A stretch of 64,000 nt of DNA from the human T2T-CHM13v2.0 reference genome, Homo sapiens (GCF_009914755.1 NC_060930.1); one strand, 5' to 3'. Positions 39,201-52,521 are shown, counted from the stretch's first letter. Notes: a model not told the origin generated them from the letters alone. Made by a program: numbers and translations.

Positions 39201-39609
39201 GAAAATATTTTTTTAAATAAAGAAAATGAATCCTCAAGCCAACTGCATTGTTTCGGTTGTTGATTTCAATGCTATCCTCGCTGGACTTTTGGTGGGAGTC
39301 AGCGGTCCGTTGCGAGGAAGCTAACCTCCCCGGGCTGGAGTCTTCGGGGAGGCCCGCCGGACTGCCCCGACACTCACCATCCTCATTGAGGACTGTCCCT
39401 CTCAGGAGAGCTGCGACTGAAGGACAAGTGGAAATCCTCTGATCAGAAAGTATAAAACAGGACACCTTTTCAGCATCAGATTTGACTAGTAAGTAACCCC
39501 GCTTCTCTGGGCTAGGCCACCAGCCAATTCCTCAATGGAGGGCAACCAGTGCGTGAGGAGCAGGGCTTAGGAATAATTGGGTCACAGCTCTAAGGCTCCT
39601 TTCCTGACT

Positions 39610-39977
39610 GGGGTCGTTATTTCTAGCTCTTTGCCTTCCCTACCCATGGTAGGATTGTACTACTGAACCTTTTGTGACTGTGTGGGACCACGTGTTGATT
39701 CCAGCCAATGACAGTGCACAGATGTGATGTATGTTATGTCCAGACTGGAGTATTTGAATATCAGCCTGAGAACCTCCACACCTGTTTTTCCTTCTACCAT
39801 AGGAACGTGGTGGTTGCTCTATTAGCCTGGGTGCCAGAGAAAGAGCAATGCAGAATTGAGTCTTCAGCCAAACTGTGATGAATAGGGAGTGAGACTGAGA
39901 AATAAACCTTGTTTTTCAGTCACTGAGGTTTTGGGGTTGATACTGTTGCGCAGACTAGCCTATCCTGCCTGATAAAC
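39610..39977 (+). mobile_element. MaLR LTR (MLT1I/J-like)
   Basis: 'gccaatga...tgctctattagcctgggt...tgagaaataaaccttg...cactgagg...ctagcctatcctgcctgata'. Confidence 0.75.
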
Positions 39978-40459
39978 AAGGTACCACTCTCTGCCCCACC
40001 CTCTTCCTCTTGACCATAATACCAGGAGTGTTTCAACCTGGGGAGAAAGGGCAGTATTTCTTAGAAGAGAGGGAAGCCCCATCAAGCTCCTGGCACGGCG
40101 TTGGCTTCATTGAGCAGTTGAGAACCTATGGGGAGGTGTTAAACCAGCTCACTTGGGTTGAATTTTGAAGACCGCCCAGGACCAGAAGCTAACTCCGAAG
40201 CAGCTGTAGAGACTGACCTAGCACCCTGCTGGCATGCCCTGGGAGCCCAGGAGCTGGGGTGTGGGCTACCAGAGCTTTCTGAGAGCTTTGCCATTCACGC
40301 CCTGGGTTGTTTGGCCCTGTGTGTGTGAGCTGGTGGGACTGCTGCCTGTGTGTTGAGACAGGAGGTGGAGAGGCAGGAAGAGGGAGGAGATGATTTGTGA
40401 TGTAGCCCTCCTAAAGTCAGCTAGGCTGACTAAGCATAGCATGCCATCCTGGGTCACAG

Positions 40460-40655
40460 CCCTCCCTCCCTCCCTCCCTCCCTCCCTTCTTTCCTTCCTT
40501 CCTTCTCCCTCCCTCCCTCCCTTCCTTCCTTTTTTCCTTCCTTCCCCTTTTCCTCTCTCCCTCCCTCCCTTCCTTCCTTTCTTCCTTTTTTTCCTTCCCT
40601 CTTTCCACCTTTCTTTCCTTCCTCCCTCCCTCCCTTCCTCTCTTCGTTCTTTCTT
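40460..40655. repeat. CT-rich (CCTT/CCCT)n tract
   Basis: Directly visible; adjoins an L2 tail. Confidence 0.95.
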
Positions 40656-40790
40656 TTATTCAAGAACTATTATTGAGCATGGACCACATCCCAGGCACTG
40701 TGCTATGTCCCGGAAACACAGTGGTGAGTAAACCTATCATAGCTGTGGCCATCCTGTAGCTTAAGTTCCTACAGAGATGAGGCCAGTGAT
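40655..40790 (-). mobile_element. L2 3' end
   Basis: 'tattattgagcat...ccaggcactgtgcta...cacagtggtgagtaaac'. Confidence 0.7.
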
Positions 40791-41589
40791 GTTGGACGCA
40801 GAGGCACCCAGCCACATTTTCAATGGTGGCTAAAGAATGCTCCCAATGACTGTGTAAATGTGTCGTGTCAGAACCATGGGGAATCTTTTCTGTCCCAATG
40901 CCCCTCCATGTCCAGGTAATAAATATTTTCTCCCCTCAAGGGAATCACCTCTTGTCATCTTTGCTCCTCTGCTTGGAGTTTTCTTCATGATCCTTCCTGG
41001 TAGTTACTTGCGGCTTTTTGCTATTCTGCCCTTTCCTTTAGTTCGTCTTAGTAGGTGGCCCATTTCTGACATTTCCCCACAGTCTCTTGGCTTCTGCCAC
41101 ATCCCATGTCCTCAGCCTCATAGCCCCCTTGGACTTCCTTCCTCATTACAACTAACAGAATTCACAGTTCTTTCCCCTGGCGGCGGCTGTCTTCCGCTCA
41201 CCTAGCATCGTGGATAGCTCTGCTCCACATGTGTTCAGCAGCGGAGCTGGGCCGCGGCAAGCCTCCCTTCAAAGCTGACATCCTGCTTGTGTTACTAGTC
41301 TGCATTATTAAGAAGACCTCTTTGACAGTCAGTGTCCAGTAGGAGCCTGCTAGAGGAGAGAGCAGCAGCGTCTGGGTCTGGCCCAAGTCTCACAGCTGGA
41401 AACAAGGGAGGATCTTATCTCTGCTCTTTCAGCATGGCCTAGAGTTTGATGCAATGTGTAACGTGAGCCTCCCAGTCTCCTACCAGCTCCCCGGAGGCTG
41501 CAGACACCATGCTCATTTGGCTTCCTCTCATTCTTCTCTGCCACTGCCACGCCACTACCGCTAACAGGCATTACCACGTAGAGGCAAGG

Positions 41590-41790
41590 ACAGATGTCCT
41601 TGGCATGAATTCTTGTTCCAGCCCTTCCTAGCTGTGTGATCTTCACTGTAGTATTTAACTCCTCTGTGCCTAAATTTTTCTTCTGTGAAACGCACATGAA
41701 CTAGTACCTAGTTCACAAGGTGTTGATGATAAGAAGACCCACATAAAGTGCTTATCCCCGGGTCTGTATCTGGATTCTGGCAGCGGGTCA
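41590..41790 (+). mobile_element. MIR SINE
   Basis: 'cctagctgtgtgatctt...tttaactcctctgtgcctaaatttttcttctgtgaaa'. Confidence 0.75.
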
Positions 41791-42801
41791 ACCATAGCCC
41801 CTGCAGGGCACTTCCCACCCCCAAGCTCTCACTCATGAGCATGTACACATTCCAAGCATTGTGCTGGGTCACCTTACATAATCAACCACTCCACCACAAT
41901 GCGTTCATTGTGCATTGCAAAAGCATTTCAAGACTTCACTCTTGAATGTTTTGTTTTAACGTGACATTAGGTGACACTTTGCTTCATTTTGCAAAGAAAT
42001 GTAAAATCTGCCTAGTCAATTGGAAGTGGAACTCTGTTCATTGATAATATCAATCAATTTCATGAATTTGTTACTATCAACCAAAGAATAATTACGTATA
42101 AATAACAAGCCATTGTCTAGAACTTCAAATGTAGAAATAATTTTTAAAAATCAGGTTTCTAACATGCTTACTGATCCTAATATCAGAGAAAAAATAAAGG
42201 TCCATTAATTTGTAATATCTTTTACTTGTTGGTAGTTGTTGTTTTTCCTGATTTAGGAAAGATAAGAGCCTAAGTTATTGATGCTTTCAAACTTTGAGAA
42301 AAATATTTTCTGGAAAGGACTTGTGGCATCTGACATTGATGGGGTTCAACATGCTACACCCAAATATGGTACTTTTGCGTATTGAATATTTTAAGCTGAA
42401 GGAATTTGAAAAAAATTGCGGAAGCAGAAAGATCTCCCTGGCCTTCCCTGCCCTTCCTCCCTGAAGGATTTTCTGACCTTTCCTAGGAGCAGGTCATAAG
42501 ACGCTCATGTAAGAGATGTGCTCCCTATACCAGAGGAAAGGAACAACCTCATCTCTGAAGACACAGGGACACAGAGAAGAATCTGAACAAACAGGCCTTG
42601 CTAAGTCCCCTCCGTCCCCTAGTTTATTACATTAAATTCTGCCCTTTTTGCCCTATCATATTTCTCCACAAGTGTCCTCTCTTTATCTATCAAACCTAGC
42701 ATAAAAATACACAGATTTAACCATTTCTTTGGATCCTCATTTCCTTATGAAGACTTCTGTGTCATGTAAAACTTAAACAAATGTGCATGCATTTCTCTCT
42801 C

Positions 42802-43404
<603 letters not shown>

Positions 43405-43611
43405 TGCATTTCTCTTTTTAATCTCTTTATTGTTTAGGGATCTAAGGCACTTTTCCTCCCCTACATCTTTGAGAACTTCTGTAACACTAGATTTATAACC
43501 TGATTTTCTGGTAAAAGGCATCTCAACAAGTATCAGAGAACTATCCAAAGCTGATGCATATTTATCTGAACTCCTTTATGTCAAATCTCTTATCATCATT
43601 GAAATCTTTAG

Positions 43612-43778
43612 TTTTTTATATATATATATATAAAGTATATATGTTATATAAATATATGTTTTATATATGTGTTGTATATGTTATATAAATATATACTTTA
43701 TTTATACACATATAAAGTATAATACATTATATATATTTTATATATATTATACATATATACGCACACATATATAAAACT
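43612..43778. repeat. TA-rich low-complexity tract
   Basis: Directly visible. Confidence 0.9.
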
Positions 43779-43829
43779 TGGGTGTGTTTACTTATAAACA
43801 ACACTAAGCAGAGTTTCTGCTGACAGACC

Positions 43830-44225
43830 TGTCAAAGGCTGGCTTCCTGAACATTACCACCAGAGCCCTTTAATAAGCAAAGCAGAGAGTATTACTCACC
43901 ATAGTACAGAAGAGCAAACACCATCTAGGCAGAGCTTTGGCAATGACTCAGAGGAGAAAGGTGACATCAGAATTTCTTGAAAATTGGAAGTTTGTTAGCA
44001 GTAAGATCAGTGGAAAGAGGAAGGTGGGGATTCCGGGAGGAGGGATACAAAAAATCTTAGGGTGAAATGATCTGCTGATGCTTTCCTTTGAAGGGTTGAG
44101 GAATTTTTTGTGAAGTTTGGGCAGCGGTCCTGCAAAAGCAAAGTCGCGTTAATGTAGACAGTGAGAAGTGCTTTCAGCTCTTGGTGCCCAGGCTGAGTGT
44201 GGAGTAGATTGTCTTGATTCTCACA
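43830..44225 (-). mobile_element. Possible ancient LTR (family not assigned)
   Basis: TG...CA ends and 'tattactcacc' resembling an LTR 3' region; weak recall only. Confidence 0.35.
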
Positions 44226-44729
44226 CCTAGGAGAAGATCTGCTTCCCTGGGGCTGGAGTCCTGGGGACTTCTTTTGTCACAGGCTTCAAGTTGCAGGCGT
44301 GTTTTGATTGGGTTGGACTAATGCTGTTTTGCTTTGGGCTGGTCTATTGCCACCATGAACAAAATCAAGCTTCTACTGCAAGGAAGAAAGAGGGAATGAA
44401 TGGCCATTGATCAGGCAACTAGTGGTGTCTGTTATTGTGAATAGGTGGGGAGATAATTGACCCACAGAGAGGTCCTGCCTGCTACAGGCCATGTATCCTC
44501 TGGGGCCTGGCTGTGGTAAGGCTCTGCCTCGGCACTGCTGCTGTCTTTTCCCTAAGCCCAGTGCGCTGACTTCCAGGGTCACATTCTGCGGAGTTGTAGC
44601 CTCTTATCAGCAGGCATGCCCTGTCAAGATGATAACTGTGGCAGGATACATTGGCTTGCTCTCAGGTCAGTCCAGCCTGGTGCTGGTGGGTTTCTTCATC
44701 TCATTGCATTACCTCATCTCATACCAACT

Positions 44730-45105
44730 TCTGCTCTCCCCACACTCCAGCCACACTGCATTCTTGTGCCTCTAACACTTTGACTCAGTTCTGCCTCAGG
44801 GCCTTTGCACTCGTTGTGCATCTGGCTGGGAACACCCTGGCTAGGGTTGTCTGCAGGACTCCCATCACTCAGGTCCCAGCCCCACTGCCTCCCCTGCAGA
44901 GGGGCCTTTCCTAACTGCCCTTTTAAAAGTGGCCTCTGCCCCCAGAACATTCCGCTTATCACCCTTCTTTGCATCAATCTTTCTCTGAGATTATATTGTT
45001 TACCACTTACTAATTTGTCTCCACATTAACTGGAATAGAAGCTTCGTGGGAGTCAGATCTTGTCTGTTGGCTTCACAACTGTAGCCTCAGCTCCTAGAAA
45101 GGGCC
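44730..45105 (+). mobile_element. L2 3' region, interrupted by LTR22
   Basis: 'ctccagccacactg...ctcagggcctttgcactcg...gatcttgtctg...ctcctagaaagggcc'. Confidence 0.85.
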
Positions 45106-45619
45106 TGTGGGGGTCTGTCCCACAGACCCTGACCCAACAATGGATGAATAACGTACACTGACACAGATATTATGCTTGTCAGTCCAGCTGAGGGTCTGGG
45201 CCACTTACAGACTCCAAGGAGAGTGCTGTAAAGAGTGGCAGCTGTGGCACCCCTGCCTCCGCGACTAGCTGGCCCTGCTGGCATTTATTCAGCACATGTT
45301 AAATGACAAAGGCTTTGTGTCAACACCATTAGAGGGTAATCAACCTGGTTGCCTTCCCCACCAAGAGAGCCATCCTGCCCCGGAATGATCAAAAGTTAGT
45401 TTTAGGACCACATGAGTAAACAAGTTATTTAGATAAACTCCTCTACATTCCTATACATCTACTCGAAGTTATTTATTCAAGGTAAGGATTAGGCTGCTTT
45501 CAGCCATAACCCTATCCTGAGACTTTTGCAAAAACCTTCTGGCATTCCAAGAAGATTTGTGTCTATATCGTACAACTTCATCTTAAAATTTTTCCCACTA
45601 GCCTGACTGAACTCCCACA
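45106..45619 (-). mobile_element. Solo LTR22 (HERV-K HML-5) with 6-bp TSD agggcc
   Basis: Minus strand begins 'tgtgggagttcagtcaggctagtgggaaaa' and ends 'gggtctgtgggacagacccccaca'; TSD at 45100-45105 and 45620-45625. Confidence 0.88.
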
Positions 45620-45654
45620 AGGGCCCAGGATGTAGGCATGATGAAATATTTAAA

Positions 45655-45795
45655 AATAATATCAGCTAACTTTTTGATTGTTTATATTGTACCAGGCACT
45701 GTTCCTAAGACCCTAAATGTATTATTAGCTCGTTTAATCCTCCTAACACACTTTATTATCCCAGTTTTACTGAGACACAAAGAAGTTAAATGGGA
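45655..45795 (-). mobile_element. MIR fragment
   Basis: 'gtaccaggcactgttcctaag...tttaatcctcctaaca...actgagacacaaagaagttaa'. Confidence 0.7.
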
Positions 45796-46117
45796 TCATA
45801 GACTTAGGAAGAAGCAAAAGCAAAAGTAGCATAAATTAAGTGTACAATAAATATTTATTTAAAAAATTTTAAATTCCTTTATTTTTGTTCCTGACACCCC
45901 TGTCCAGGCAGCTTCTATTGTTTGATAGCACATAACAATCTCCTGGCACAGGTAGCTTGCAAAGCCTAATGCTTTCTCTGTCCCTACCTTCTTAATTTTC
46001 CAAGAGTACTAGTTCACATTTCCTTCTAAAGTTTTAACACACAACAATAGCATGAATATCAAACATCTGAAGGTTATTTGACAGAATTATCCACAACAAG
46101 CCCATTAACACTGCATC

Positions 46118-46423
46118 TTATTTTATTTTATTTTATTTTTTTGAGATGGAGTCTCACTCTGTCACCCAGGCTGAAGTGTAGTGGTGCAATCTCAGCTCAC
46201 TGCAAACTCCGCTTCCTGAGTTCAAGCAATTCTCCTGCCTCAGCCTCCGGAGTAGCTAGGATTACAGGTGCCTGCCACCACCTCTGGCTAATTTTTGTAG
46301 TTTTAGTAGAGACGGGGTTTCACCATGTTGGCCAGGCTGGTCTCAGACTCCTGACCTCAATGATCTGCCTGCCTCAGCCTCCCAAAGTGCCGAGATTACA
46401 GGCATGAGCCCCCATGCCTGGTC
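46118..46423 (-). mobile_element. AluS with TSD tgcatctta
   Basis: Full dimer with (TTTTA)n tail. Confidence 0.97.
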
Positions 46424-46844
46424 TTGCATCTTACTTTAATTTGATATATGATACACATCACACACACATTACAAGATCTTCAATTAGATTATAAATGCTT
46501 ATCCTCAAAATTCATCTGTATTAGAAGACATTACCTGGGACTTTCCACTCCATTCTCAACATCCCAGCCAAGTCAATATCTATCTACAAACACACCATTC
46601 TGTGATCATGTCTCATCCTACTTCCCCTTATCAGTGTGACCTTAATTCAGGCATAGTCCTACCATGCTGCTGCTCTCCCAGGCCTCTGTCTGCCCATGGG
46701 GGTGCTATTTCCCTTGGAAGTTCCCTTTGCCATTCTCTGGCCTTTTTCATGGCAGTCCCACTGCTTGGAGGCCGCCCTTCCTGCATGCCCACCTGCTTCC
46801 ACATGTTTGGAAGCGCTTATTCACTTAGCAGGAGACATTAAGTA

Positions 46845-47745
46845 TTCATCATTTTATTCTGCAATTATTCACTGATGCCCGGTGCCCATTATACAGCAGG
46901 CCTAAGTGCTAAGAAAACATAAATGAGAAAAACAGACATGGTGTTTGCCTCCTGAAGCAAAGTCTCCTGAGAGACAAATCTATTAATCAAAGAATCAACT
47001 GAATAGTGAGTATGATGAAGGAGTTACTGGATGTTATGAGAGTATGTAATGGTGGCCTGATCTAGTCTAGAAGAGTAAGGCAAGGCTTCTTGGGCCTTCT
47101 AGCTGAGATCTGAGGATGATTTGCGGTGAACTAGGTGAAGATGGCAGAGGGAGTTCCAGGCAAAGAGAAGAATGAGTGCAAAGGCCCTCAGGTGGAAGAG
47201 AGCACACGACCTTCCAAGAAGTAATAAGAGGCCAGAGTGACTGAGCTCAGGGAGCAAGGAGAAGAGCCCTGAGAGGTGAAGTGGGCAGGAACTACATTGA
47301 GCAGGGCCTTGGGGTCTGTGCTGCTACTACCACTGGGAAAGTTTTGGAAGGATATGGGCAGAAAAGAAATGATCTAATTTACATTAATGGCTAAAGTTTG
47401 GAGAACAGGTTAGATGACTCCAGGTTTTTTGCTATGCTAGGAACACAGGAGAGCTGTTTGGGGAGCCATTCAAGTAGACATGCTGAGTCGGCAGATGCAT
47501 GTACATATTTAGAGAGACCTGGGTTAAATTAGCTGTGAATTTTGAGATGGTGATTGAAATCATGGGTGGTTGGAATTGCCAAGGGAGATATAAAGAGCAG
47601 GAAAACAAGGGAGACTAGGACCAGTCTTTGATGGATTATGACCTTTAAAGTCTGAGGAGAGGGGGATTTGTCTGCAGAGGAGATTGAGGAGGAACAGCTA
47701 GGTAGGTGGAAAGGCAGAAGAGTGTAGTATACTAGAGGCTGAATT
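46845..47745 (-). mobile_element. L2 LINE fragment
   Basis: 'agctgagatctgagga...gttccaggcaaagag...gtgcaaaggccct...gaggccagagtgactg...gatggtgattgaaatcatggg'. Confidence 0.75.
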
Positions 47746-47779
47746 AGGAATCTTTCAAATGCATATTACTGAAATCCAT

Positions 47780-48247
47780 CTTCAATTGATGTAACCAAAA
47801 AAAGAATAATTTATTGGCTCCTATAGCCTGAAATCAGGACTGGTCAGATATGCCTGGGTTCAAGAGCTCAAACATCCAGCTCCTTGGGAAACAGCCTCTC
47901 CCCCCATCTCTCAGTTCTGTCTCCTTCTGGATGGGCTTCTTTGCCAGGTGGATATTCCCATGTGGTGGCCTGATAGGGTCACCAGCAGAGGCTTCAGGTT
48001 TACATCCTACCCAAAGTAAAGAAATGTCCTTCTTCGATTGGTTCCAGCAACCACACCAGGTGTGACTATTGTTAGCCTAGCTTAGGCTAGATGCCCATCT
48101 CTGAGCTAGAGGTTGACATCAGCTCTACCCACACTTCACATAGACTGAAAGTTGGGAAAGGAATGGTTCCTCAAAAGAAAATCAGGGTGCTGTTACCTGA
48201 AGAAACTGAGAAGAAGCCAGGCAGGCAAGATCCCAGATGTCTATACA
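47780..48247 (-). mobile_element. MaLR LTR (MLT1J/K-like)
   Basis: 'aatttattggctc...ggaatggttcctcaaaagaaaatcagggtgctgttacc...gatgtctataca'. Confidence 0.7.
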
Positions 48248-48309
48248 GATGCCGAAGTGATAAGAATTTTAAGAGGGAAAGTATATTTAAGAGTATGAAA
48301 TACCGTTAA

Positions 48310-48886
<577 letters not shown>

Positions 48887-49464
48887 TTAAAATGAAGGCC
48901 AGAGAAGTGGAGGAAGGGAGGGCACCCAGCTGACTATAGCATGAGCAAAAGTGCAATGGCAGAGATGTTTAGGGTGTGTTCACCAAGAGGTGAACAGTTC
49001 ATGCTTGGTCTGATGGCTAGGGGCCAAATGTGAGTGCTGGCTAAGGAGAAGGGACTTTCTCTGTTCAATTTACAAATGAGTCAGCTGTAATTTACCTTCC
49101 CTTAGGTTATCGGCCTGAATATGTAAATGAGGGATAGCTGTCACTAGAATGAAACTGACATCTAGAAAAGCGCCTCCCTATAATCTTGCCTTTCCATATA
49201 AGGGCTCCCTGGCGTGCTTCACAGGTGAACTCTACAGCAAACGCATTCTTCTCTCTCCTTTCAGCCTTGGTCTTTCCTCTGACTCAGGGGCCTGGCTTGT
49301 GGTGCTGAGGCACCTTCCGGCTGCTGAGAATTGGACTACTCTGTCTTCTTGCTGACTGCGGCAAAGGAACGCCCGGGGTCTGACAATCACCTCTACGAGA
49401 GCAGCTTGGATGTTTCTCATCTTTCACTTGACTTTCTTATCCCTTTACTTAAATATATATATAC

Positions 49465-49587
49465 TTTAGAGACAGGGTCTCACTCACTATGTTGCCTAGG
49501 TTGGACTCAAACTTCTGGGCTCAAGTGATCCTCCCACCTCAGCCTCCCAAGTGGCTGGATTACAAGCATGTGCCACCACACCCTGCT
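49465..49587 (-). mobile_element. FLAM (Alu monomer)
   Basis: 'agagacagggtctcact..ctatgttgcctagg...ctcaagtgatcctcccacctcagcctccc'. Confidence 0.88.
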
Positions 49588-50256
49588 CATCCCTTCAGTT
49601 TTTAGCCCAGAAAGCTGGCACTAAAAGGGATGGTAGGTTTGAGGGATTTTAGATGGAAGACAATTTAGGTGACTCTGCACTATATTATAGTCAAATATCC
49701 TGCAACCTTTGTTCCTAGAAGAAACCTGTGCATCCTGAATCTCTGACCCCTGGGAATACATTCTTTTCCCCCAGCACTTCACCTAGGAATGGTCACTTGG
49801 GTTAAGGGTTCTCAGGCTTGGTGGCCAAAAGCCAACACCTGTTCATTTATCTCCTATCTTGTACTCAGTCTCTTAAGACTTTTCTGCAACTTGGACCCTG
49901 GTGGGCCAAGTGCATTTGCCCAGAGAGAAAAATTGCACAAATTAGAACTCTGGATTGATATTTCACTTACATACCTCCACTTGGGGATCCTCAACACAGC
50001 TTAAATAGTAATGTCTTTAATGGGGGTCATCAAGGGCATTTAAGTAGGGACATGCAATGAGCAGAACCACTTTTGGAGAAGACTGCACTTGGCAGTCGTT
50101 CCCTAACAGATTTGAGAGAGCAGAGGTGGGAAATGGCAAATTGTTAGGAAACTGATAATGGGCCCAGGGAGAAAAACCTTGAACCAAGGAACTGAGCTAG
50201 ATGTGGAAGGGTGGGCATGGGTTTTAGAAACACTTCTTTAGAGGAAAACCATGATT

Positions 50257-50390
50257 AAAAAAGGAGAAAGAAAGAAGGAAAGGAAAGGAAAGGAAAGGAA
50301 AGGAAAGGAAAGGAAAGGAAAGGAAAGGAAAAAAGGAAGGTGGGATTGGGGGAAGAAGGAAAGGAAGAAAGGAAAGAAGGAAAGAAAGAG
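50257..50390. repeat. (GGAAA)n purine-rich tract
   Basis: About 11 GGAAA units at 50277-50331. Confidence 0.95.
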
Positions 50391-51489
50391 GACATGGAAA
50401 TCTCTGTAGGCCAGGAACAGAGTGAGGAGGCTCAGTATCATGGGGGAGGGCCTGGGAAACCTGTGGCCCCTCAGGACACAGAGATTCTGAGCTGGCAGCA
50501 GGAGCTGAGCTGAGAACAGAACTGAGCTCACTCCAGGAGCCCAGGACAAGGAGCCAAGTGTGAATGTGGGGCCAGGCCTCTGCTCTTCATTGGTGACTAG
50601 AGCTGTAAGAGCTGTGCCTGACTGTCTGGGATGGCAGTGGAAAGAGGCTCCTTCTCCACAGGTCAGGGAGGAAGCAGACTATGGCATGAAGGGGGACCCA
50701 GTTCTGTGCTGGGCAGCTTCTTAACTGAAGACTCCAGCTACCCACTGCAGTGCATGGGCATCCATCTGCGGGGGAGGGGCACTGATACACCTGTTCCACC
50801 AAGAATGCCCCATCACAGTGCCCTTGACCCAGGCTCCTCAGGAAGCCTCTTGTCTGAGACTTTTCATCTCTTCACCCCACACTGAGGGGCTCCTTGTCCT
50901 GCCATTCAGTCTCATTCGCCTCCATGGAACTAGTAACAGCTTTGCTGAAGTCCCTGGAGTGTGGAGGGTCACCTCATTTATCCCATCTCAGAGCCAGACA
51001 CTTGACATCATCAGAGTGACCGGGCGTCTTTGGTTGTGCCGACTCCTCTTTGCCATGCGTGGCACCTCCCCGCCCCCCACTCCTCCTGTTATTGTGCCAA
51101 CCCCAGCAGGGCAATGCCTTGCCCCAGGAAAGGGGAAGCCTTTTCCATAGAGCTGCTTTTCAGCAAAACTGGAACCCTCCTGAGTGAAAGCCCAGTGACC
51201 ACGCAGCCCACGAGGGCTGGGACCCAGAGTGCGGGACGGGGATTCGTGGTGTATGCCCAGGGCCTTTGGTGCCAGAGGGAAGGATGATGAGGCTGTAGAA
51301 TTCCTGTTCCCGCTCCTGGGAGAGGGACTGGAGAGGATTCCCTGCGATGGGTTTCTGAATGGCTACCAGAAACAAACAAGCACATCCATCGACAAGCCGT
51401 GGTAATTAGAAGGGAAACAACGATAGTGAAGTTACCTTTCTCCATTCATTCCGCAAGCATTTTTGAGTGTTTATTTCTGGCGCAGAGCT

Positions 51490-51760
51490 ATTTTAGGGGC
51501 GGGGGGAGAGCATGTGAGGAAGAGGAAAGGGAATTGGTCCAACTCGCCAGCTTGAGAGGGGAGAGGCTGGCGGGGGATGGGCAGTATTAGTGTTTGGTCT
51601 GTGGAAGATGAAACGCAGCTCTGCTCTGTGGGCGGGCCTTTGATCTTCCAGTAACTGCTAGAGTAGCAATTAGCATCCTTAATGCTGAGGGGAGTCTCTG
51701 AGAAGCCCTTTAGCCTGCTGATCTAGGTTAGTAGATCCGGAAGTGTGGGTGCCTGTGAGC
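51490..51760. promoter_or_regulatory. Candidate promoter/enhancer (GC boxes, TCF/LEF, ETS)
   Basis: GGGGCGGGGG at 51496, GGGCGGG at 51630, CCTTTGATCT at 51637, CCGGAAGTG at 51737. Confidence 0.45.
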
Positions 51761-51762
<2 letters not shown>

Positions 51763-51795
<33 letters not shown>

Positions 51796-51896
51796 AGACA
51801 GAGAGAGAGAGAGGGAGACAGAGAGAGAAAGAGAGAGAGACAGAGAGAGAAAGAGAGAGAGACAGAGAGAGAGAGACAGAGAGAGAGAGAGAGACT
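51763..51896. repeat. (GT)n(GA)n compound microsatellite
   Basis: Directly visible. Confidence 0.97.
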
Positions 51897-52179
51897 GAAA
51901 TGGGTTTATTAGATGTTTGATGTTTCTTCCACAATACAGTTTTTCATATTTGAGAATGATGTGACACCTTCCAAATAAAATTCAGTTTTGTGTAGAAAAT
52001 TGAATCATCTAAGCACTTACACTGAAAAGTCACAAAGTCCTAAATTTACAGGAAAACAGGACTCGTAAAACTTATAACACTGAGTAAAATATTATGCTCC
52101 AGAGCCCCTTTCAGACTTCTGGTCTGGGACAACCCTTCCCTTGTAGCCCCATGGTTCCATCAGCCCCGCGGTTGAGCTC

Positions 52180-52390
52180 TAGAAGCTGGCTGAATTTAAG
52201 TTTCCACTGGGCGATTTTGTGGACCCTATTTCAGTGACTTCACCTTTTTGAACCTCAGTTTCACATCTATAGATGGAGATAACCCGTAGCACAGGGCTAA
52301 ACTCTCTCATCAGGTTATTTCTTTTTCTTTACTGTTTAAAAATGAGAATTAAATGAAATCATTTCTGTAAAGTACTGAGCCCACTAGAAA
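52180..52390 (+). mobile_element. MIR SINE
   Basis: 'ttgaacctcagtttcacatctatagatggagataa...gagaattaaatga'. Confidence 0.7.
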
Positions 52391-52521
52391 AGACCTGAAA
52401 TAAAGTCTTAGAAGGGAAGTATTAAAAGGGAAGACTTTTTTTCCTTCAACAGCTGCTGAATAGGATGGGGGAATTGGAAGCCAAAAAATTTTAAAACTTA
52501 ATTTAACTTAAAAATTTAAAT

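Noticed and set aside
50587-51590. ORF cluster or CpG island
   Set aside because: GC-rich, but CpG density looks too low for an island, and the peptides resemble no family I recognise.
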